DNA of 64,000 nucleotides from Planctomycetota bacterium (GCA_003671075.1 QWPT01000009.1:8715-72714), one strand, 5' to 3'; counted from the stretch's first letter, positions 1 to 8,751 are shown. Made by a program: numbers and translations. The notes: a model not told the origin generated them from the letters alone.

Positions 1-246
1 TCACGGCCGTCGAAGTTGGAAGAGTCGCGTTTCATCAATCAGGCTCGTCGATTTCTAACCAGAGTTCTAACCCATCCCCTCAACACACCAACCACTGAAA
101 GTGGGAGAGCGCTTCGAGAGTCTCAACGCCGTGAATATCCCACGATTGCGTCCCACCGCGTGATTCCGCTGCTTCCGACCGGCAAATCTGCGCCGAAACT
201 GGGCGCGCGACAGGTCCAAACCATGCAGACCAACGCGCCCGGCCCG

Positions 247-843
247 TCAACCCTCCACCCCGCCGGCGTCGTCGGCCTTGACGCCCATGTCCTCAAGCAT
301 CACCCGCAGCTTCCGCAGCGCTCGATGATGCCGCGCCAACAGCGTGCCGACCGGCTCCTCGTAATAGTCAGATAACGCCTTAAAACTCATCGCGCCCGTG
401 TGGCGCAGATCGATGATCTCGCGATCCGCCTCGGGCAAACGCGCCATCGCCCGCGCGAGCCGCGCGTGGATCTCGTCAGTTTCCGCGTCCGCGATGCCTT
501 TCGACCGCACGCTCCGCGCCTGCATCGGCTCGGTTTCCATCGGCCGCGCCTGGCGCGAGCGTCTGCGCATCTCATCGCGCAGCCGATTCATTGCGATGCG
601 AAAAACCCACGACTCAAACCGACCCGTCTCGACATAAGCGCTGATCTTGGCCGCCAAAGTGCAGAAAGTCGACTGCGTGATTTCCTCGGCTAAATCGCCA
701 TCGCGGCACTGCGCGCGAAGCAATCCGAAGATCCGCGGCGCGAACTCAGCGACGATCGCGCTCCACGCCAACGAATCACCGTCAGCAGCGCGCCGAAGCA
801 GCGCCTGCAACTCAGTTGGATCCGGTTCGTTCGGTTCGTTCAT
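247..843 (-). CDS. ECF-type RNA polymerase sigma-70 family factor
   Basis: 198-aa ORF with sigma region 2 (ITQSTFCTLAAKISAY..FESWVFRIAMNRLRDEMRR) and region 4 HTH (LPEADREIIDLRHTGAMSFKALSDYYEEPVGTLLARHHRALRKLR). Confidence 0.85.
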   Translation of the reverse strand: MNEPNEPDPTELQALLRRAADGDSLAWSAIVAEFAPRIFGLLRAQCRDGDLAEEITQSTFCTLAAKISAYVETGRFESWVFRIAMNRLRDEMRRRSRQARPMETEPMQARSVRSKGIADAETDEIHARLARAMARLPEADREIIDLRHTGAMSFKALSDYYEEPVGTLLARHHRALRKLRVMLEDMGVKADDAGGVEG

Positions 844-960
844 GCTCGCCGCGCCTGCGAGTGCGCGGCGCGATCAGGGTAACGCCGCCAGCCATCCAAG
901 ATTGCAGCGCCCGCCGACGAACTCGCCGACACGAGCGAGATCCGGCAGCGTGATGAGAGT

Positions 961-996
961 CATGATCAAACTCATGATCAAACTCATGATCAAAAC
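961..996. repeat. 3 x 12-bp tandem repeat (catgatcaaact) between the dnaB 3' end and the ECF sigma start
   Basis: Direct reading gives catgatcaaact at 961-972 and 973-984, and catgatcaaaac at 985-996. Each unit contains overlapping TCATGA/TGATCA palindromes and a GATC. Confidence 0.9.
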
Positions 997-1030
997 ACGC
1001 GCTTCGCCGCAACCACCCCAACCCCACCAT

Positions 1031-2605
1031 TCAGAGCGGTAAATCGTCCGATGGTTCCTCCGCCGCACGCATGCGCGTTGGGGCGAAGGCCCGTCGCGGA
1101 CCAGCGTCGTGGCTGCTTCGCTCAGGCTGTGCCGCAAACGAACGGCTCTTGAAAGTCGTGGTCGAACCATCCCAGGTCAGGTCCACCGAGCCAGTCGGAC
1201 CGTTGCGCTGCTTGGCCAGAATGAGCTCCGCGGTGCCGACCTTGTCGGGATTCTCGTCGGCCCAGTTGGCATCGCCACGGTGGTAGTAATCCTCGCGGTG
1301 CAGCATCATCACCACGTCGGCGTCCTGCTCGATCGAGCCCGATTCACGCAGGTCGCTCATGCGCGGGCGGTGTCCTTCACGCTGCTCAGCGGCGCGGTTG
1401 AGCTGCGACAAGCACAGCACCGGCACATCAAGTTCGCGCGCCATCGCCTTGATTCCGCGCGAAATTTCGCTGACTTCCAACTGGCGACTCTCCACGCGCG
1501 AGCCAGAGCTCATGAGCTGCAAATAGTCGATCGCGATGAAGCCGATCCCGTAGCGTTCCTTCAGCCGTCGCGCCTTCGAGCGCATCGCCAACAGCGAAAG
1601 TCCCGGGGTGTCGTCGATGAAGATCGGCAGCTTGGAGATCTCGCCACACGCCGCCATCAGTCGACGGTAGTCGTCGCTGCCGAGCATGTGCTTGCGAAGG
1701 CGTTGCGCGTCGATCCCTCCCAACGCGCACAGCATGCGCTGGATCAGTTGCTGCTTGCCCATTTCCAAGCTGAACATCACGCTGGGCACATTGTGCTGCG
1801 AAATCTGCTGCAGGAGATTCAACGCCAGCGCGGTCTTACCCATCGATGGGCGCGCGGCAAGGATGAGCATTTCGCCCTTCTGCAGGCCGTTGGTCATCTC
1901 GTCCAACTGCGGGTAGCCGGTCCGGACTCCCATGAATCCGTTGCCTTCGCTCTCGTCGATCATCCGCATCGTCTCGTTGACGAGTTCACTGGCGGTCGAC
2001 ATCACGCCGGTCTCGCGCTTCTGGGCGATGCGGAAGATCTTCTGCTCGGCGCTTTCCAGCAGGTTCTGCGCCGGCGTGCGCGCCGTGTGCACTTCCTCGA
2101 GGATCTCACCCGCGGCGGCGATCAACTCGCGCAGCGTGGCTTTTTCGCGGACGACCCGCGCCCAATGCACCGCGTTGGCCGCGCTCGGAACGCCCTCGGC
2201 AAGCTGCACGATGTAGTCAAGCCCGCCAACGGCGTCGACCAAGCCTCGATCAGTGAGCAACTGGTTGAGCAGCACAAGATCGACGGTCGCGTGGCGCTCG
2301 TAAATCTCCACGATCGCGTCGTAGATTCGCCCATGCCGTGGCGACGAGAAATCCTCGCCGTTACGAACCACGGTAATCACATCGCCGACGACCTTCGGAT
2401 CCCAAATAATGCCGCCGATGAGACCCATTTCCGCTTCGAGCGCAACGGGCGGCTCCGCGCCGAACAACGCGGCCACATCGCGACGCTGCGACTCGGACTG
2501 CCCATCGTTGCGCGGACGGCGACCGCGTCCCGGACGAAACCCGCCGTCGGACGATCCCTGCGAAGAGGAGGAAGAACCGGAGTTGCCGTGGAATTGGTCG
2601 CTCAC
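1031..2605 (-). CDS. dnaB: replicative DNA helicase DnaB
   Basis: 524-aa ORF with a GTG start. It has the DnaB N-terminal motif (LEAEMGLIGGIIWD), Walker A (ARPSMGKTALALNL) and RecA-like C-domain motifs (IDYLQLM, LSQLNR, EQDADVV). Low-complexity N- and C-terminal extensions are present. Confidence 0.95.
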   Translation of the reverse strand: MSDQFHGNSGSSSSSQGSSDGGFRPGRGRRPRNDGQSESQRRDVAALFGAEPPVALEAEMGLIGGIIWDPKVVGDVITVVRNGEDFSSPRHGRIYDAIVEIYERHATVDLVLLNQLLTDRGLVDAVGGLDYIVQLAEGVPSAANAVHWARVVREKATLRELIAAAGEILEEVHTARTPAQNLLESAEQKIFRIAQKRETGVMSTASELVNETMRMIDESEGNGFMGVRTGYPQLDEMTNGLQKGEMLILAARPSMGKTALALNLLQQISQHNVPSVMFSLEMGKQQLIQRMLCALGGIDAQRLRKHMLGSDDYRRLMAACGEISKLPIFIDDTPGLSLLAMRSKARRLKERYGIGFIAIDYLQLMSSGSRVESRQLEVSEISRGIKAMARELDVPVLCLSQLNRAAEQREGHRPRMSDLRESGSIEQDADVVMMLHREDYYHRGDANWADENPDKVGTAELILAKQRNGPTGSVDLTWDGSTTTFKSRSFAAQPERSSHDAGPRRAFAPTRMRAAEEPSDDLPL

Positions 2606-2676
2606 GCCGCCAAGGCTACCCGACCCGCCGCGCCCTCAACGCCGCATGTCAGGATTCCCACAGGTCGAACGATCGG

Positions 2677-2732
2677 CCCCAAAAAAGACACCCCAAAAAA
2701 GACACCCCAAAAAAGACACCCCAAAAAAGACA
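2677..2732. repeat. 4 x 14-bp perfect tandem repeat (ccccaaaaaagaca) between the HU/IHF gene and dnaB
   Basis: Units at 2677-2690, 2691-2704, 2705-2718 and 2719-2732 are identical. Each carries an A6 tract (T6 on the coding strand of the flanking genes). Confidence 0.95.
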
Positions 2733-2783
2733 TACGGGACGCTCAATGCGTCCCGCGTGTCAATTGAGGTTGTACCAACAGGT

Positions 2784-3104
2784 TCAGTCTTCTTCGCGGC
2801 TTCGCACAAGGACGACCGTGCCGTCCGAAAGTGATTGCTGCATAAGACGACCAACCTTGAAGCGCACGCTCTTACGAGGCGGAACCGCAACACGCTCAAG
2901 CGTCTTGGGGTTCTGCGCAACGCGTCCAGCGCGCTCACGGATCTCGAACACTCCGAAGTCGCGGAACTCCAAACGGTTACCGCGAGCGAGCTCGCCAATC
3001 ACATGGTCTAGAAAACTCTGAACTGCTCGGCGGACATCAGCTCGCGAAAGCTCTGTCTCCGTAGCAACACGCTCGATCAAGTCTTTTTTCGTGGTGGTGG
3101 CCAT
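2784..3104 (-). CDS. HU/IHF-family DNA-binding protein
   Basis: MATTTKKDLIERVATETELSRADVRRAVQSFLDHVIGELARGNRLEFRDFGVFEIRERAGRVAQNPKTLERVAVPPRKSVRFKVG matches the bacterial HU/IHF fold pattern. The internal ATG at 3104 is preferred over the ORF-track start at 3137. Confidence 0.85.
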   Translation of the reverse strand: MATTTKKDLIERVATETELSRADVRRAVQSFLDHVIGELARGNRLEFRDFGVFEIRERAGRVAQNPKTLERVAVPPRKSVRFKVGRLMQQSLSDGTVVLVRSREED

Positions 3105-3370
3105 CTCACACCTCGATATGTAGGTCTCGATGGCCACTACAAGTCGCCATCAAGTTCAACTGGGGAATACCGCGAGTATGCCCTGTGTTCGCAACAGAAG
3201 TCAAGAACCTACAAAACTTTAAGGGAGTTGATGTTTCTCGGACGGTCTTTTTTGCACAAGTGCGGGTTCTGACACTTATGACGAATCCACCGTTGGCGAT
3301 TGCCGCCCGATACAGGGCTCGGGGTTGACGGGGAGCGGGGACGCGGCAGGGTTTGGACGGAGGAATCTCC

Positions 3371-3709
3371 GTGGACAACCGAAAAAATAGCATTTTGCCC
3401 CCGCAACTAGCCCTGCTTCTGACGGCGCTTTCCGCCCCCACTCTCCTCATCGGCTGCAGCTCAGACGCCCCGGTCTTCACCATCCCTCATCGGATGCGAG
3501 ATCTTCCGTCCTTGGTGCAAGCCGGCGAGCTCAACGACGCCAGTTTCGCGATGCGCAACGACACACGCTTGGGATCCAACCGCGACCCCATCGTTCGCTC
3601 CACCGTGCAGTCAACGGCGTTCGTTGTCGATCGCCAACGCATTATCAACGGCCGCCCCTACAACGACTATCAACTCACGACTCGGACTGGCGAAGTCCTG
3701 CATCCCTAA
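3371..3709 (+). CDS. hypothetical lipoprotein
   Basis: Signal peptide with a lipobox (LLLTALSAPTLLIGC|SS). A GTG start at 3371 lies 6 nt after GGAGGA. I recognised no family. Confidence 0.5.
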   Translation: MDNRKNSILPPQLALLLTALSAPTLLIGCSSDAPVFTIPHRMRDLPSLVQAGELNDASFAMRNDTRLGSNRDPIVRSTVQSTAFVVDRQRIINGRPYNDYQLTTRTGEVLHP

Positions 3710-4817
3710 GTTTGGGATCGAGTTGAGTCACGGCCGTGATCGCAGCGCGCACGCGCGCCTCGCCATCGATAAATCGCAACGCAAGCCGAGGGACAACGAT
3801 CACGAATCCCCGAGAAAGCGCGGCAGGAAGCTCACGCGTTGCGTCAAGCTTCACCAAGTCCTTTCGCGACATCACAATCACTTGCGCGCCCGAGTCTTTG
3901 CCCGCAGCCTCAAGATCGCTCCAGCGCATCGCCCGGTGATCGCCCACGCGCAGGCGTGCAATGATGCGCGCACCAGTCGCGCCCGCCATTTCCTCAAAAT
4001 GCGCTGGATTTCCCAGTCCGCACGCCGTCATCACCGCGCGCTGCGCCAACCAGCTGACCGATTCTTCGCGCGGCGACTGGCCTGACTCGTGCACCTCGAT
4101 GCCAACCCATTCGTGCACGCACACCGCATCGGCACCTCGACCGCGCGCCACGCGCACCAACTCTTCCGCGCGCGCGCGCTGTGCCGGATCGTGCGCCTTG
4201 GTCAGCACCACGATGTCGGCGCGCGCGAGATTGCCCGCTGGTTCACGCAAGATTCCGTTGGGCAGCAAGTCGCCGTCCAGCCCAGTCCTCGTTGCGTCCA
4301 CCAGCACAATGTCGAGCGCGCGCGCAACAAAGCGATGTTGAAAGCCGTCATCGAGCACAACGACCGCGCCATCGATCCACGCCGCATGCACTTCGCGCGA
4401 TAGCTCGGCGATGAGCGCCCGCCGCCGTTTCGGATGCGCCACCACCAGCGCCATCGGCGCGGTCAGCGCATATTCCTGCGCCTCGTCGCACAGCAACGCC
4501 ATCGATGAACCGCCCGCATTTCTCCGCACCAATCCCGGCGTGTATCCCCGCATGCCAATCACGGGCCGACGCCCCAACCGCGCGATTTCACCGCAAATCC
4601 ACGCGACAAACGGGCTCTTTCCCGTCCCACCGACCGTGATGTTGCCGACAGAAATGACGCCGATGCCGACGCCGCGCACTCGGATCTCGCCCACGCCAAT
4701 GCCCTTGGAAAGCCGCGCGTTGCGCCATCCAACCGCGACGCCGTAAACGCGCGCCGCCAACCAGGTCAGCGGCCGCAGAGCCATCGGCAGGCGCATCAAT
4801 GTCGGCCGTTCACCCAT
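3675..4817 (-). CDS. lpxK: tetraacyldisaccharide 4'-kinase (lipid A biosynthesis)
   Basis: 380-aa ORF with the characteristic P-loop VISVGNITVGGTGKSPFVAWI and an LpxK-like length and organisation. Confidence 0.85.
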   Translation of the reverse strand: MGERPTLMRLPMALRPLTWLAARVYGVAVGWRNARLSKGIGVGEIRVRGVGIGVISVGNITVGGTGKSPFVAWICGEIARLGRRPVIGMRGYTPGLVRRNAGGSSMALLCDEAQEYALTAPMALVVAHPKRRRALIAELSREVHAAWIDGAVVVLDDGFQHRFVARALDIVLVDATRTGLDGDLLPNGILREPAGNLARADIVVLTKAHDPAQRARAEELVRVARGRGADAVCVHEWVGIEVHESGQSPREESVSWLAQRAVMTACGLGNPAHFEEMAGATGARIIARLRVGDHRAMRWSDLEAAGKDSGAQVIVMSRKDLVKLDATRELPAALSRGFVIVVPRLALRFIDGEARVRAAITAVTQLDPKLRDAGLRQSES

Positions 4818-5298
4818 TGGATCGCTCCTCAGGCCGCCGAACCAGTGTTTCCCGCCGAAGCTCTTGAAACTCCCGCAATCCTCGCCGAGTGGTCAAGAAC
4901 ACATCGACTAACGCCAGCAACAGGCACGGCAGCAGCGTGAACAACACCGCCGACCAAGCGACGGCGAAACCGATGCGATCTTCATGCGGGTGTACGAAGG
5001 TGAGCCCGCGCACCAGCGGCGCAATCGACGCACCAGCGAAGACGATCGACGCGCGGCGAATCCAACGCCGCTCGCGCGGCACTTCCGCGCGCCCAAGCCG
5101 AACGAAGTACCAAACAAGCGTTGCTCCCACGACCAGCGCCGGCGGGACCGTCACCCACCACGGAACCATCATCCACGGACCAAGTTCACGACCGACCAAC
5201 GCGGGATCACGCACCGAATCGCCAGCAATCGGCGTGTTCGCAAGCATGTTCGCAAGCATGTTCGCAAGCATGTTCGCAAACCTGTTCGCAAGCATCAT
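4810..5298 (-). CDS. hypothetical membrane protein with an (MLAN)n N-terminal repeat
   Basis: 162-aa ORF with 3-4 hydrophobic helices. Its start overlaps the maf stop (ATGA-type coupling). The N-terminus MMLANRFANMLANMLANMLAN is encoded by a 5 x 12-nt repeat at 5236-5295. Confidence 0.55.
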   Translation of the reverse strand: MMLANRFANMLANMLANMLANTPIAGDSVRDPALVGRELGPWMMVPWWVTVPPALVVGATLVWYFVRLGRAEVPRERRWIRRASIVFAGASIAPLVRGLTFVHPHEDRIGFAVAWSAVLFTLLPCLLLALVDVFLTTRRGLREFQELRRETLVRRPEERSNG

Positions 5299-5954
5299 TG
5301 CTCCACGCCCTTCATCACCATCCGCAACAACGGCGCCAACCGATCGATCGGCAACCCCACCACCGTTTGCGGATCGCCTTGGCAGCGAATGGGCCAGCCG
5401 CGGGCGATGACCTCAGGCAAGTTGTAGCCACCGGCCTTTCCACGCCAGTGTCCGCCCGAGAGAAAGTGCTCGAAATCCTCGGCGGGAATAGCGCCAATCT
5501 CAATCCATGCCTTGTCGCGACCGACCCGCCGCGAGCCGTCGGGCCCGAGCAAGCACCAACCGGTGAACACGCCGTGGCCGCGTCCAGTGAGCGACATGAT
5601 CATCGCGCGCGCCTCGGCCTCGTCGGCGGGCTTCCCCAACACCATGCCATCGCGTTCGCACACCGTGTCCGCGGCGAGAATCCACGCTGGCTCCGCGCCG
5701 CGCGCCCAACGCCGCTCCGCTACCCGTTGCGCCTTGAAGTGCGCGAGCGCGGGCGCAACATCCGCGGCCGCAACCGCGCCGATCTGAATGAGCGCATCAT
5801 CAATGTCCGCTGGCTCGATTTCCGCCGAGAACCCTGCCTCCTCCAGCAACCCATGGCGCCGCAGCGAACCGCTCGCCAGCACAAAGTGCTGCTGAGCGCG
5901 CGAAACAGAGCCGATCGAGGACATAGTCACGCCGCGCAAGATACGACTTCGCAC
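5295..5954 (-). CDS. maf: Maf-like nucleoside triphosphate pyrophosphatase
   Basis: FVLASGSLRRHGLLEEAGF..., GKPADEAEARAMI and the C-terminal GKAGGY / VVGLPI motifs are typical of the Maf family. Confidence 0.85.
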   Translation of the reverse strand: MRSRILRGVTMSSIGSVSRAQQHFVLASGSLRRHGLLEEAGFSAEIEPADIDDALIQIGAVAAADVAPALAHFKAQRVAERRWARGAEPAWILAADTVCERDGMVLGKPADEAEARAMIMSLTGRGHGVFTGWCLLGPDGSRRVGRDKAWIEIGAIPAEDFEHFLSGGHWRGKAGGYNLPEVIARGWPIRCQGDPQTVVGLPIDRLAPLLRMVMKGVEQ

Positions 5955-6034
5955 GGAACTTCCGCGGCGATGGCACCCCGATTGGTCTCCGAGCCGTAGG
6001 GATCAGCGCCGACGGGTTTGACAATCACCCTCAG

Positions 6035-7483
6035 TTGCGTGAATCTCCTCCATTCATCCCCTCCTTGTTCCGATACTGCATGACACCCGCCCGCAACGGT
6101 TCCGAAGGGTCAATCCGCTTGGCAGATCAGCCAGACCAGCAACGACCCCACGCTCACTCCGACACCCCGTCGGGAGATTTGTCGGGTCCGGGTGGCGCGA
6201 TCAACGAAGGTTCGAGCGCGGGAACGAGCGCGGGCATGAGCGCGGGCACGAGCGGCGGAACCAATTTCGACACCGCGCTCGGTCGCGCACTCGTCGAGCG
6301 TGGCATCGTCGGCCAGCCGGCGATGGATGAGTGCCTGCGCGAACTGCGCACCCGCATTGAACAAAGCCGCCCCACCACGCTGCGCGAACTCCTCCTCGAG
6401 CGAAACCTGACCTCGTCCGACCAGCTCGACCAGATCCGCGTCGAGGCCGAGTCGACTAAGTCGGTCACCAGGATTCAGGGCTATCAAATCCTGCGAAAAC
6501 TCGGACAAGGCGCGATGGCCAAGGTCTACCTCGCGCGCCAGATCTCGCTCGACCGGCTCGTCGCTATCAAGATTCTGCCCAAGGACTTCAGCGAGAACGC
6601 GAACTTCATCGCGCGCTTCAAGAAGGAAGGCAGGTCGGCCGCGAGCCTCAGTCACAACAACATCGTTGCCGCCTACGAGATCGGCGAAACCAACGGCCTG
6701 CACTACTTCGTGATGGAGTATGTCGACGGCGACACTGTGTACGACCGCATCGTTGCCCGCAAGCGCATCCCCGAACGCGAGGCGCTCGACATCATTCGTC
6801 AGGTCGCCACCGCGCTCGAGCACGCGCATGACCGAGGCGTCGTGCACCGCGACATCAAGCCGCGCAACATCATGATGACGGTGTCGGGCGTTGCCAAACT
6901 CGCCGACCTCGGCCTCGCACGCATGATGTCCGATCGCGCGCTCGCCGAAAGCGAAGCCGGCCGCGCGTACGGCACGCCCTACTACATCTCCCCCGAGCAA
7001 ATCCAGGGGAAAATCGACATCGGTCCGCCCGCCGACATCTACGGCCTTGGCGCGACTTTCTATCACATGGTCACAGGCAAGGTCCCCTACGAAGCCAAGG
7101 GTCAAAGCGAGGTGATGAAGAAGCACCTTCATCAGCCGCTCGTCCCGCCCGACCATTTGAATCCGCAGATCTCCGCCGGCACCGCGCTCATCATCGAGAC
7201 CATGCTCGCGAAAAACATCCGCGACCGCTATCGCAACGCGCGCGATCTCATCAAGGACATCGACCTCGTTCTTGCCGGCAAGGAACCTGAGTTTGCCAAG
7301 CCCGCGGTTGACATCGCGGCGATCGCGACGGCGGTACAGGCAACTGCCGATGACCCGCTGACGGTCGTGCGCCGAGGAAACGACAACCCGTTCGCCAATC
7401 CCGCCGTGCTTGCGTTGGTTGCTCTTCTCGCAGCCAGCGTCGTCGGAAATCTGGTGCTGCTGGCGTTGCTCCTCTCGAGATGA
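6035..7483 (+). CDS. Ser/Thr protein kinase, C-terminally membrane-anchored
   Basis: Hanks kinase motifs are present: GQGAMAKVYLA, VAIK, HRDIKPRNIMM, DLGLA, GTPYYISPEQ. A C-terminal TM helix (AVLALVALLAASVVGNLVLLALLL) follows. The exact start is uncertain. Confidence 0.9.
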   Translation: MRESPPFIPSLFRYCMTPARNGSEGSIRLADQPDQQRPHAHSDTPSGDLSGPGGAINEGSSAGTSAGMSAGTSGGTNFDTALGRALVERGIVGQPAMDECLRELRTRIEQSRPTTLRELLLERNLTSSDQLDQIRVEAESTKSVTRIQGYQILRKLGQGAMAKVYLARQISLDRLVAIKILPKDFSENANFIARFKKEGRSAASLSHNNIVAAYEIGETNGLHYFVMEYVDGDTVYDRIVARKRIPEREALDIIRQVATALEHAHDRGVVHRDIKPRNIMMTVSGVAKLADLGLARMMSDRALAESEAGRAYGTPYYISPEQIQGKIDIGPPADIYGLGATFYHMVTGKVPYEAKGQSEVMKKHLHQPLVPPDHLNPQISAGTALIIETMLAKNIRDRYRNARDLIKDIDLVLAGKEPEFAKPAVDIAAIATAVQATADDPLTVVRRGNDNPFANPAVLALVALLAASVVGNLVLLALLLSR

Positions 7484-7485
7484 TC

Positions 7486-7550
7486 GAGACCTTGCGCCGA
7501 GACCTTGCGCCGAAACCTTGCGCCGAAACCTTGCGCCGAGACTTTACACC
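7486..7550. repeat. ~4.5 x 13-bp tandem repeat (gagaccttgcgcc / gaaaccttgcgcc) in a convergent intergenic gap
   Basis: Units at 7486-7498, 7499-7511, 7512-7524 and 7525-7537, plus a degenerate fifth unit. The repeat fills the gap between the kinase stop (7483) and the RidA stop (7544). Confidence 0.9.
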
Positions 7551-8005
7551 TCGACCAGTACCTCAACCTCGACCGTCGCATCGAGCGGCAGCGCGTTGGT
7601 ACCAATCGCGGCGCGCGCATGGCGACCCGCCTCACCGAAGACCTCCTGCATGAACTCGCTCGCGCCGTTGGCGACCTTGGGCTGACCGTCGAAACGGTCG
7701 TCCGACTGCACGAAGACGCCGAGGCGGACGATCCGCTTGACCTTCGAGAGATCGCCGCCGAGCTGGTCCGCGATCACCGCCAGCGCGTTCAGCGCGCACT
7801 GCTTGGCCGCCTTCTGGGCGTCCTCGATCGAGACCTTCGATGGAACTGGCCCGGTCGCCATGAGCACGCCGCCCGACATCGGCAATTGTCCCGACACGAA
7901 AATCAGGTTTCCCGAGCGCACCGCGGGCACATAGGCCGCCACGGGCTTCGGGGCGGCGGGAAGGGTAAGACCAAGGCGTGCGAGAGCTTCGTGCGGGTTC
8001 GACAT
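7544..8005 (-). CDS. RidA/YjgF-family reactive-intermediate deaminase
   Basis: 153-aa ORF with LIFVSGQLP... and ...ARAAIGTNALPLDATVEVEVLVEV, the typical YjgF/RidA C-terminal signature. Confidence 0.85.
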   Translation of the reverse strand: MSNPHEALARLGLTLPAAPKPVAAYVPAVRSGNLIFVSGQLPMSGGVLMATGPVPSKVSIEDAQKAAKQCALNALAVIADQLGGDLSKVKRIVRLGVFVQSDDRFDGQPKVANGASEFMQEVFGEAGRHARAAIGTNALPLDATVEVEVLVEV

Positions 8006-8160
8006 ATTGGTGGCACTCTACCGATTCCTCTTGGAACCGCCTCGCGCTTCGAGGAGACCAAGGCGCCGTCGAATCCCGCTCCGTAAATCCGTTCTAGGTC
8101 AGCGCGTACGACGCATGATCGGCGCCCAATGAGACGGCGTCGGGCAACTTCATCGGCAAG

Positions 8161-8206
8161 AAGGATTTCGCCTGGGGATTTCGCATGGGGATTTCGAGTT
8201 TGGATT
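8161..8206. repeat. ~3.5 x 13-bp tandem repeat (ggggatttcgcNt)
   Basis: aaggatttcgcct at 8161-8173, ggggatttcgcat at 8174-8186, ggggatttcgagt at 8187-8199 and a partial ttggatt. It lies in the long non-coding region upstream of the DUF1559 genes. Confidence 0.85.
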
Positions 8207-8751
8207 ACGCCGCCCGCTCCCCCGACATCGATCCGACCAACCCTCGACCGCGCGATTTCATGATCGAAGGCGCGCGCCAATCGACACAACCAGAATTGTC
8301 GGAATCAACCGAATCACTATTTCCAACTGAACAGGAACTTGACACCTTCGCTCGCCGTATTACTCTGCGCATGCATTCCTGACGGTTGCGGCAACATTCA
8401 GAGGTCGAGCCACCATTCATTCGGCTCCTCTTCAAACCGTCCTTCTTTCGCCTGTCGGTCACCCGACAACCTGCATTCCGCCGCAACCGCCGACATCCCG
8501 ACCCGCCTGCGCCACCCTGCTCTGAGCCGTTTTTTTGGCTTTCACGGGGACTGGAATAGGCCGCCCGAATGCGGAGCGCTGAAGAAGGAAACGCCACATC
8601 TCAACTCCGGCTAGCAACTTAGAACCGTCATCGACGCCTGTAATTCTGCGTCGGTTCATTCTCGGGAGCGTCATCAATCCGATGGCCTCCATAGCCCCTG
8701 AAGTTAGCGACTTTCAAATCGCGACTTCCAAAATCTAGGAGATCGAAATCT

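Noticed and set aside
16-375. 119-aa plus-strand ORF at the window start; also a possible minus-strand ATG at 34 running off the window edge
   Set aside because: The plus ORF overlaps the 3' end of the ECF sigma gene and has no motifs. The minus-strand fragment is only 11 codons long, which is too little to call (an anti-sigma factor would be a guess).
1109-2767. 552-aa plus-strand ORF antisense to dnaB
   Set aside because: The opposite strand encodes an unmistakable DnaB. The antisense translation is Arg/Ala/His-rich with no recognisable motifs. Long stop-free antisense frames are expected in GC-rich DNA.
8185-8382. 65-aa ORF in the long non-coding region upstream of the DUF1559 genes
   Set aside because: It has no Shine-Dalgarno sequence and no recognisable family, and it partly consists of the 13-bp repeat. 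Evidence is insufficient for a CDS call.
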